This document shows, piece by piece, positions 47,116 to 58,500 of a DNA stretch of 64,000 bases. Source of the stretch: Dimorphilus gyrociliatus. Taxonomy: Eukaryota > Animalia > Annelida. The notes under the pieces are model-generated. The model worked only from the letters and a program-made list of their open reading frames with translations. It did no database searches and was not told where the DNA came from. Every line of letters begins with the position of its first letter. The stretch's first letter is position 1. Made by a program: the position numbers and the translations under genes. Location of the stretch: the NCBI GenBank assembly GCA_904063045.1, contig CAJFCJ010000018.1, positions 558,001 through 622,000 of the forward strand, written 5' to 3'.

Positions 47116-47998
47116 GATCGGTGATTACGCGCGGGAATCGAAATAGAACGTAGGCGTTCTATTTGGGAATTACTCCTTCTTTTTGGGAATCAAAATTATA
47201 CAGCATAAATTTTTCTCGCGTTTTCTTAAAAATTTTCCTTGAAGAAACTATTACAATCAATTCGACAAAAAATCTAAAGTTTAAAAAATTATCTAGGGAA
47301 TAACAGTATCTAAGAGATTATCTTTTATTCTGCACCGTAGTGCCGTGCGCATTGCGGCTGTAAATGTTGCAAATCTTAGCCAGCAAAATCGGATTATCTA
47401 GCTCTTTCTTTTGAATAATACTTGATCGCCTTTGGTTCTGAAAGGGAATGGATTGATCAGGACATGGCAGCTGTAGAGTTTGGCATGCAGCGGCGTTTGT
47501 TTACAATTTGTAATATATACAAACAATGTGAGCTAAACTTAAAGGTCAAGCATTGGTCGCAAGAGTTTTGCATAAACTATATTATGAAGTTTCCTAACGC
47601 TTCCGTTTATAATATTTTATTTCTGTTTGTAAATAAGATCTTCAGTTTACACAATAAATTTTTCATTTTGTCTTTCTTTTTACCTTAAGACAATCACCTT
47701 CTGGCCGTATTGTAATAACAAAACTTTCTCTAGATTGGTACTATCTCTATAAAAAAGAGGATGGTCATATTGTGTAAGAAGCAATTTATAAAAAAAGAAA
47801 TCGTTCATATAAAAAAATATTACGCTTACATAAGCAATAAAAAAGCAAACTAATTTTTCCGATTTACTTTCATGGTATAATAAACTTTTAAATTTTTAAA
47901 CGAAAAAATTTCTACAGTTTGTATCTAAATATATTAGTGTATAAATATACAAAAAACTGTATACGTATATTTTTTTACCGATCTCCCCTCTCCGTAAT

Positions 47999-48016
47999 AT
48001 GGCGCCCTCTAGCGAC
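47999..48016 (-). promoter_or_regulatory. CTCF-like site upstream of Dfd
   Basis: The minus strand reads GTCGCTAGAGGGCGCCAT, a close match to the CTCF core. Confidence 0.55.
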
Positions 48017-48674
48017 TACAGTATTAACAGTATTATATGGTTTTTAGCTGCGTACAAATCTTAAGATAAAATCTATGTGTATCAATAATAAAATGCATTG
48101 ACGATTTATATGCATCGATAAAAAGTAGATATTCATATTGAGATACTAGAATTGCCTAATATTTCCTAGATATTGAATGTAAAATTAATTATGTTAGACA
48201 CCTGGTTGGTTGAAGTTTTAACATAGTGACGCAAATTTACATAAATTTCACATTATGTCTTAATTAAGTATTTGTATATTGGAGAAACATGTTTACTTTT
48301 GCTATAATACTCCCCGATTTATCATTATAACCCATTCGTCGCCATAGTCACCAAACTATGCGGGTAAATATCGAACTTTGTGGGGTTCGAACGTTTTTTT
48401 CAGGGCCATCTGCTCTTTTACTTAAAGCGTTTCTTCTGAGCCCCTTAATTGTTTTATTAGGGCTCTTCGAAAAGAAGTTTTACGAGTCAACCACGTCACG
48501 CCTCATTAGTACTCTTTTTTTCAGTTAAACAGGAAATGGGAACGCTATCCGTTCCATATTATGTTATGTTCAAAATAATGAAGACGAAAATTGTAAAAAT
48601 TTGAGAGGTCAACTTCGGTAAAAGCAGCGTGCACATTATTGTTGTTACTAGACGAAATGAGTAAGCGGTACCTG

Positions 48675-48698
48675 ATTGGTCGCGAGTTATCACGTGAT
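48675..48698 (+). promoter_or_regulatory. Dfd promoter CCAAT/E-box module (NF-Y/USF type)
   Basis: ATTGG (48675-48679), then 11 nt, then CACGTG (48691-48696), about 80 bp before the ATG. Confidence 0.6.
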
Positions 48699-48778
48699 CA
48701 GTCAGCGGGAGGGACTATACTGTGTACGGCTGGACTGAGCAAGGAAAAATTATTTGCGATCTAAGCATCGCGAAATTA

Positions 48779-50017
48779 ATGACTATGAGTTCGTTCGTAA
48801 TCAATAATCAACATTATTCGGAACCGAAATTTCCTCCTCCCGCAGAAGAGTATGCTCAGACAGCCTCTAACTATTTGCAGAATGCGGTTATGCATCCGGA
48901 TTATGTTTATGGAAGGCAGCAAAGTTTTACTGGAGCATTTCCGAGGAGTTATCCGGAAATTGACAGTTTTGCTTATCACTGTCCTCAAATGAATATAAAT
49001 TCTCCTGATATTGCATCCTCAAGTAACTTGCAGAATGGATATTCTGCTCAAAATCGGAGCCCTGTAGCGTCTACGCCGTCTCCGGAAAATTCGACGCCGC
49101 CAGATAATCACTCGACGTCCCAGACGAGTACCGTTATTTATCCATGGATGAAAAAAGTGCACAGTACAACTGGTAGGACAGTTATATCTAGATTCGTCAA
49201 TACATTAATATATTTAATTTAAGTATTCTAGAAACCTTTAATACTCAGTAGTTATTTTAAAATACATTATGTTTCATGAGGCTAACGAGGTCTCTAATGA
49301 TAATAGACTTTCGGCTATTTCAATCATTGCGTAATCATCGACCGATAAAATGTTAGTTTGAGTAGATTTTGATTAATGTTTCAGGTGATTTATCTTTTTT
49401 ATGCGCTATATTCCTGTTTTGATAATGGACGCCACCTAACGATAATCTATTAAACTAAATTCAATTTGCTATATACAATATTGAATTCACTCGATATTTT
49501 CTATTGATAACGATTAAATATAGATGACCTTCATAAAATCGATATTCGTATACAATTGAGAATTTGTTATATAATCAGCCAACATGTGTTTTAATGCACA
49601 TTTGATACGATAGTTTTAGTTTCATGTACTATAAGAGCATTTTTAGTGTAAAAATGAGATGTAACAACTGAATAGACTTGTATGGAAATTATAAAACACT
49701 TTTTGATTACTTTGACTTTTTTTCAAATAGGAACCGGTTACGGTGGGGACTCAAAAAGAACCCGGACCGCCTACACCAGACATCAAATTTTAGAATTAGA
49801 AAAAGAATTCCATTTTAATCGCTATCTCACCAGGCGACGACGCATTGAAATTGCCCACGCTCTTTGCTTGACAGAACGCCAAATAAAAATCTGGTTCCAA
49901 AACCGAAGAATGAAATATAAGAAAGAGCATCGTCTGCCTAATACAAAAGGAAGATCTGATGAATCGTTATTGGATGATCTAGACAATTCGGAGATGCATG
50001 AACTTAATAATCCATAA
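48779..50017 (+). CDS. Dfd: Hox4/Deformed protein, 2 exons, about 226 aa
   Basis: Exons 48779-49172 (MTMSSFVIN...[11 protein letters not shown]..., [10 protein letters not shown]) and 49731-50017 ([66 protein letters not shown]). The PKFPP N-terminal motif and LPNTK parapeptide are Hox4-diagnostic. Confidence 0.96.
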
Positions 50018-52455
50018 ACTTAAGATGGGTTAACAAGTTGTCAGGGATACCTCATTTGTTCGTCTATTTAAGTATTCGCTGTTTACGCATGACAGTTGTG
50101 CAAAGACTATATATACAACGTAAGTTCGGATTTGTACATACACTTACATATACGCATTAATACGTACATGGATATTGTAACTAAAGCATTCATACTAAAA
50201 TTTTAAATATATATATATATACACTTATTGTATATATATTTTATATATAAAAGTGTATATGTTACTTGCTTAAAATCATTCAAAAAAACCAGTCATGTAA
50301 ATATATTTCTGTGAACATTCTTACATAAACTCATTTCATCTTGCCTGTGCGTTTAATTTCAAAATTTTACATCAAATATAAAAATGTATTTCCATAAACT
50401 AGAAGACGACAGGATATTTCCATATACATATTTATTTTTCTATATAAACATATAAAATTTAGAGTAGAATCTCCTTTCTTTATCAATGTTGTGCCGTGCG
50501 TGATTGTGCCATTATATAACAATAATAAGAATACCACTGATAATAATTGCAACGATAATATTTTCACAATAAGGAAATCAATAACAACGATAACATGTCT
50601 AAACCCTTTTGTACATACTTTATTAAAACATAGGTTGTATTAAGTTATATTTAGGTTTTCTTTTAATAGTCGTACAGATATTTTTACACGAATCATCAGT
50701 CGATTTTATAGCTAAGACACTAGGAGGGAAAATATCTATTTTGTTCCATACACAAAAATCTTATCGAGATCAGTAATAGATACAAAAAAAAGATAATTTT
50801 TTTAAGCAAAAGAAACAATATCGAAAGAAAAAACATGAGACGTATCTCTTTTCTATGAAACTTAAAATCCTACTAAAAACAGATTCTTAAAAAAAACATT
50901 GAATTTGTCAAGCGCTTTGTCTTTCCAACGATAAATTGTTTTGCCTGCTGCACAGTATTATGTGTAGAATTCTTAATTTCGTAGGCTTTTCGAGAGAGGA
51001 AAATGCTTTTTATATTCCTTCTAAAAGATGAACTCTTATTTCAACTTTCTTTTTCCATTAACCTTAGTCCCATTCAGCAAAAATATAATTAAATGGGACT
51101 ACAGCTTCTTTTTAAGAATAACAGAATAACTATCAATCAAAAGCTGACAAACAATAAGAGACTAATGTAAGGTGAGTTACAGAATACAAACTACAAATAT
51201 TTCTTTTCCTGCAAGAATGGATTTAAAGACGTTCAATGCTCGAAACAAATGAAATCCTTTGGAATTTCAAGTACAACACGCAATACGCTCATTATCCTTA
51301 CTTGATTTATAATTATAGCTCAAAGCGTCGTCTTGACCTACTTTTAGCTGAAATTCTTATATGCAAATAAAAAGGCGTTTATAAATGAAAATTGAATATT
51401 CTATAAGAAACGCATTTAGCTCTGCTCAAGGCGTAAAAGATAAATAGTGTTCAGCTGCCATTGCAAACAAAGTAACACTGAACGTTATGCTAAAGAAGGT
51501 CAAGGGTTACTGACCAATTCGACCGTGTTCAAACAGACTGTTCCCTTTCGAGTATTAGCTAGAAAAAATGGAAAATTTTATCTCTTTTGAATTCAGGTCA
51601 CGTCTCTGTGACGTCATAGGACGGTGTTGACAGATATGCGTTACTGGCAAAGAAAGATAGGCAAATAGAATATTTCGATCGATCGAAAAAGAAGACGTTC
51701 AATATACCCCATCAATTACACGAATCTTGCAAAGGATTTATTGTTACGACCTTTTTATTACCGTTTTATTACCCATCACTTAGTATGTAACTGTAAGTAC
51801 ATATACTTTATTAGTTAACCAAGGATATGTAAATTAGTTGACGCCATATTGATCGACCGTCCAATAATTGGACGCAACAAAGCGTCACGTGATACACGAT
51901 TGCGTCATAGTGGGCTGACAGTATCTTTAGGGCTGAGTGAATCACTAGAAAGGCATGATGGATAGTGATCGAAATAAATTATATATGAACATTATATTTT
52001 ACAGAAGTCTTGATCAAGACAATAAACTTTTTACGATTACTACTCAATAATCTTTTTTCCATTATTAATATTTTGAAACTTTTGAAGTCTATTCTAAATC
52101 GCTCAACAAATTTGAAAAAAATAAGTAATAAATCCAGCATCAATTATGAATAATAAAAATGATCATAGATAGAGATTGTAAAATGAAGCAGCTGCTACGA
52201 TACATATGCATCCGAGACCTATTAATAGAAAACGAATGCCTCTATCAGTTTAGATATATAGGCCTGATGATTGCCAATAAATAATATACAAATGAACGGT
52301 TTTATGTAATATATATAGTCTATATTCAAGTTATTGATCTGTTACTGTAAATGATTTAATTTTCGATCTAAACCCATATTCTGATCATTAAACTTCACCT
52401 TTATAATCATTCGTCATTTTGATATAATGTCATTATAGAAATTACTGCTTCTGTG

Positions 52456-52477
52456 ATTGGCCGATTTAGACCACGTG
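52456..52477 (+). promoter_or_regulatory. Orphan CCAAT/E-box module 3' of Dfd
   Basis: ATTGG (52456-52460), then 11 nt, then CACGTG (52472-52477). Confidence 0.4.
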
Positions 52478-55451
52478 ATTCATGAAATATAGGCAATTTA
52501 CGTTTTATTTCATATATATTCCTGTGTTTTCAGATTTTTGTTCAGTTTGTTTCGAGAACATTGTATATTTCGAATACTTTGCTTTATATTAGGGTGGATA
52601 TAAATAAACACCTACTACTATTTGGAACATATTTGAAGTGTTAGTGGATTAAATACAAATGTCGCTTTCGGATACACTCTCGTGCTAGATACTTACAATA
52701 TATCATAAATCGATACTGAAACATAGTAAAATTTATTTTCAAAAAGAAAATTGTTATTATTTTCATATTACCCATATATGGAGGATGATATTGGTGATAT
52801 TGCCTTCACCCGGGTATTATCGTTGAAATTGCCCCTATATTTACTATACTTAATTATCCTTGCTCAGTTAAATCAAGTCTGGATAAGATCTGTTCAATTT
52901 AGTTCCTACAATACGCATGTGTAATTCTCTTTGAAAGCAGATGTGCTCTTACTATAAGATGTAAATTATATATATAGGCATTAACATACAAAATGAAGAT
53001 CATGTATATATACATATGTATATATAATTATATGCATAAATATTCTGGAAATAAACTATAATTTGCACCCAATGAAGACTATTTGGAAAAGAAAACTCTT
53101 CTAAATTCACTTAAAAAATCGTTAATTTAAAAAAAGCAATTTCATTTAATATTAATTTGTAAAATCTCCTTTAAGGGAAGCTGTTTTTTTTCATTATACT
53201 ATAGATAAAGTGTGAAAAAGTAGATTTTAAGTAAATAGATCGTAAGAAAAATAATGCAAGAACCGAACTTCTTATACAGCATAACAAAAAGATATTTCAA
53301 AACGAAATAATTACCAGAATGTCTTCTCACATAGATTTTCCCCGATTATCCGTTAAATTTAGTTAGGTTGGGTGTATACATATCGAAATCGTGTTTAAAA
53401 ATGAACAAATTTCCCTCATTAAACTTCTCCTGACCGGGTCGAACTACTCGCAAATATGACTTTGTAACAAAAGCAAGTCGTTAAAACTCAATTTCGCCCC
53501 TTTTTGTTAAAAAGTTTACGACTAGTTTTATTAGGCATTTTACGACTCTTGTTTTTATTGTATAGAGCAACTTTTTGCTTCGTGTAAATTCTGACAAAAA
53601 CGGACGAAATAAAATCTTCACATTTCATGTAGTTGATCTAATTATACTGGATTATTAATTGGGGAGAAGAGAGCCTTCCTAAAAGCCACAGGGAGTTCTA
53701 ACACTCTACCCTTAAATGTAGTTAATATAATATAATTTTCCTAAGATAAATAAAAAAGAGAGGAACATTTTACCCACCGCATAGCGTGAAACATGATATG
53801 TTTATATCACGTGATCGGAAAAGTAGGTCAGAACCGGGTTGGAAAATTTGTAACGAAACGCGTGAAGAATTTTTCTCTGTGTGTTTTTTTCACACGGCAA
53901 TAGCCTTTTCGATAGGAGAAAAAGTGTTCTTAGTCGGAACAATGATATTCATTAAGTTACTATGTGAAAAGATATTGCTTCTTTATAATTGATAATGGAT
54001 CAGAGCTTTTTAAAATAATTCTAAATAATCCATACCGCTGGCAAGTCTTTTACACACAACTTAATCACATTTTTTCTTTGAAAAGCTTATCAAAACTATA
54101 CTTTGATCAATTCAAGATAGGAACAACACGAACTTGTTAAATAGGTCAACATTAGCTTACATATAAACGGTTTTGCTTGTGTTCTTTCTACTGATAAAAC
54201 CACGTTTAATTCATCCCTAGAGTTTCTCTTTTTGTTTTTTTAATGCAGACAAGCCAAGAATACTATAGCAAAAACAGTTTTTACATTGTAACGTTGCCTT
54301 AGCAGGGCACATTTGGTGGTCACGGTGAAGAAAATGAGTCGTAAACAAGCCGTTTTGAATGACTCAATTAGACATGGGTTGTTAATTCGCTTAATTTACT
54401 AGACAGGAACTGTTTTTTGCAGCTGGAAATATTTTCTATAGAAAAAATGCCCTATTTTCTTAGCACGAGAAAAGATTTTTCTCTCTCTCCTTCTCTCTCA
54501 ATAAAATCTCATTCAATCAACGAGTCTGAGAAGGTTGATTGACAAGGCAAAATCAAGCGAAATACGGGATTCGTGTTTCCATGGAAACAGCCAAATAACA
54601 GATCTGTAACGATAGGGGTGGCAGATTAGAAACTTTTCTTGCTATTTTTTTCGCGTTCGAACTTTTCTTTTAATGAGAAACGTTGTATGGAATACAAATT
54701 AAATATTTACACGCTTTTTACGGTTCCTTTTAATCAATTACACTCAACACGTTTCCAAAGTCCAATATTTAAATTTTTTATGAAACTGTAAATTAGTGTA
54801 TATTATGGTTGTGGATTAAATATTATTTCACTATTCACTTTGGGAGATCTTACATTTTTAATCTCATTGGCTATGCAATGAAATTCGTTATGGAATATCT
54901 TTATTTTAAAATCTAATTAAAAAGCGCTAAACCGGTCTTTGTTTTACTGTAGTAGCAGTATTAACGAATTTTTTGTAGCTTTTTTATATAAAAAAGAAGC
55001 TTCATAGTCAAAATCTAATTAGAACGATTTATACTGCAGCAGACGCACGGCAGACGAAATGTGCGATGCATATCGCAAACTGCAACTTTCTATTGATTTA
55101 TTCGATTTCGTTCTTTGTAGTCATTTCTATAGTTTTGAGAGTTATTATCCTTTTTAGAATAAGCTAAAAACTAAAGAATAGTAACTGCAAAATAACATTG
55201 GTCCTGTGTATTCAGATATGTTTTAAGTATAAATACAAGCATATAAATATTATATATATTATACAAACTGTATAATGACAAAATAATAATAAAAAATATT
55301 TATATACAGTACAGATCACTCTGAAATATGTATGGACAAATAAAGAGACGTGTAGACATATTCTAGCTCTATATATATATATATATATTTCTGTCTAAAG
55401 CCTTATAAATATTCATCAGTACGTGCATGCGCAGAAGGAATGGTCGAATGA

Positions 55452-55535
55452 GCATTCTTTTTATACCTGTAGAATCGAGCTTCTGCCTCTTTTTTCTGAC
55501 ATAAACCCGGATCTACAGGGTCTAAATAAGGATGC
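55452..55535 (-). ncRNA. mir-993: mir-993 pre-miRNA (MIR-10 family), antisense to the Hox genes
   Basis: On the minus strand the 5' arm is GACCCUGUAGAUCCGGGUUUAUG and the 3' arm is AGAAGCUCGAUUCUACAGGUAU (55463-55484). These match miR-993-5p and -3p and form a hairpin. The position 3' of Hox4, toward Hox3, is the known protostome mir-993 site. Confidence 0.9.
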
Positions 55536-58500
55536 AAAATTATCTGGAGTTTGCTCTATCGTAATAAGTAAAGCGCTCACACTGACACGAATTGAGTTAA
55601 AAAAAATAGTGCGTTTGTCTTTCGTCCATCAAGTGCTAATTAACAATTAACTCTAGTGTATTGAGCGGCGTTACACTAAGCGTCTCTAACAACGTCTCCA
55701 TAGAAAATAATTTATTTACGAAAATAGCGTCCCCTGGCGTAGGCGCCAACTCTAATCTTTGTCTGAGTTTTTTTTACAACCGCCATATTGGATTTTGTAT
55801 TTTTTAAAATTATGGTTGTTAACAAAAGAAAACTCTTGTTAGCTAAATAATATTTCTTATATAATATTTAATTAAACAAACAAGTATAAAAAATCGGAAA
55901 AAAGCTTGAAAAATTGCTAATTTCGTTCCACTAACCTAGAGCAACTTAATTACAACGAAAAGTTTTACCATTCTACTCCCAACAAGCAATCGTTAAGAAT
56001 ACTCACTGTAGAATTTTTATAAACATTCGGAATGAAGTTAAATGCTTCTTTTGTTATTTTTATGGCCCGGCCGTAAATACTTGGCGTTCGCTAAGCGGCA
56101 GCCATGTTGAATGGTGCTGAGTGCGTACGTGGAGTGTCAGTGATGGTCATTTTTCATTTTTATGTTCTTCAACGATTCGTCGAAAAACTGTACAGTAGCT
56201 AAGGAGCTGTAATTAAACCTATAGAATAATATTATTCAATATTTTCTAAGCGACCCTTCTGATAAATGAGGTCGCCTTTTGTCCGTCATCTGCGTATAAT
56301 TCTGCGCTTTTTTTGCTATTTAGAAGAGTAAATTAGGCCTGATTTTGACATTAAAAAGCCAATGCCTCTGGTAAGGTGAAACAATTGAAAAATTGAAACA
56401 ATCTGACTGTGTTTATCGTATATTTTTCAGTTTCGAATATATAAAGTACTCCCAACTCTAACAAACTAGTAAAGCTCATAATTTGTTAACTTTATTCAAT
56501 TTCTTTTAAAATATAACGTAACAAAAACGAAATTGAAAAATTTCGTTTATAAATTAACTATAATAACGACTTTATTTCGATATTTTCTTCTTGTTTTAAA
56601 AAGTGAAAGTGTAAAAGTAAATAATTTGTTTTATGTTAACTTTTTATAGAATATTTCGTTTTATATATCATACATCATAGAAATTTAACAATTAAACTTT
56701 TAAAAGTAAGAAGCTACAGAAGGAATAATGGTTTTTTATTCGAATATCTAGAGCCATACATTCAGATATTAAGTGCCAGCAATTTTTTGTGAGTTAAAGG
56801 GAAAACTTTTAGCAACATATATCTAGATTAAGTCTTGTGATTTTTTCCCTAAAGATGATGGATTACTAATGTTTTTCCTCCTAAAAATAATGTTTATCTT
56901 AAACATGAAGTTACCTATTTAAAATGAGGTCTTTATAAAATAATAAAAAAAGTAGGTCATAAATGTATGAACGGAGCCCGTATATTATGCTTGTGGCCAA
57001 TGGTCAGTTTCATTATACTCACCTGTCTAAGTTTAGTGATTGATATGCAGGTATAGTCATCTGTCTTTGTCACACTCACGTCCGGTTCGCTTTCATGTTT
57101 ACCGACAAGTTTACGTCGTCTTATTACTGTTTATTTAACAAAATATTACTATTGAATTGAATTGCAGGTTTAAGCGGATCAACTCTGAATCGATTTCTAT
57201 GGATTGCCTTAAAAATTAATCTCAAAAGTAGATAGTCTTCAATTACATAAAAAAATATTTAACATTTACATTTCTTAGGTTATTAGCATTAATGAAGACA
57301 GACACCTGCAAAATATTCTATTAACTGATTTATCATAACTGAGTTAATTTTATAATCAATGGAAATAGAATATTTTCTAAAAAATTTAAAAAAGACTGTG
57401 CAAAGGAAAAGTACTTTCACCATTAAAAAGCGCCATCTTTCTGATTTTTAAGAAAACTTTCCGTCCATTCGGTTTTAAGAGGACATGATACTTTACTTAA
57501 TACTTTGTAAGAAAAAAGTAGGAAAAAGTAAAAGACTGTAGCATTTGTTTCTTTTTCATTTCAATTTTCTGGTAGGGTGTCTATGAGCAAATATACTAAG
57601 AGAATATGATATAAATAAATTTTATAATAAATTGACTGTCGTGATTATAAAATTTGCACGCTTCTTACTCGTATGTCATCATTATGCGCTTCATTGATCA
57701 CTTCTCGCGTGGCGTTGCGTCATCTATCACTAAAGTTTACACTTGTTGTCAAACTTAATAGTCTTTGAAGTTCCAAGTGTTTAAATATCAATGACATATT
57801 AACAATACTTAGTGATTATGTTCACACTTAATTGATATAGCTTTTTTTAGCAATCAATACTACTATTAAAAAATAATATTTTTGCAAGCGCTTTCAATTT
57901 ATGTATTTTTTCGGCGTAGTTTCCAGCATTTCAGTAACATTTCGCCTCGCATTGGAACGAGATAAATATAATATTTTAATAGTGTCAGATATATGAGATA
58001 GATGGCGAAGGTAGTACCTTATAGTTCTCTAGTGAGACTACAGATGGCATTACGAATACATTAGCAAAAAACTTTAAATAGGTCACGCTACAATTTTTCC
58101 AACATGTGAAACGTGATACTTTGTTTGAATATCTTTTAAATTAATTGTTTTAGCATTTAGATTATTTTTTATTTAGGAGTTTTCAACTTTTATTCCATGT
58201 TAAAAAACATATAATTTTTAAATGAATATTGCAAAAGTGTAAAAATTTCACTCACTTTCGAATATATAAAATAAAAATTATAAAACTTTCACTTCTGAAT
58301 CAGTTCTTTCACTCTTTTTTTTCTAAATTGGACGCATATAAAAATAAGAGCCGTAAAGGAAGAGGAAAGTAAATAAGCAATTAGCCGAGCATCTCAGCGG
58401 ATTAGTCACAAACGAATGTAATCAGATGAATCTTCACGCTCTAGAACACACTATATCTTTTCTTGCCCTTTTTTTTATTCTCAACATCAGCGTTCTACAT

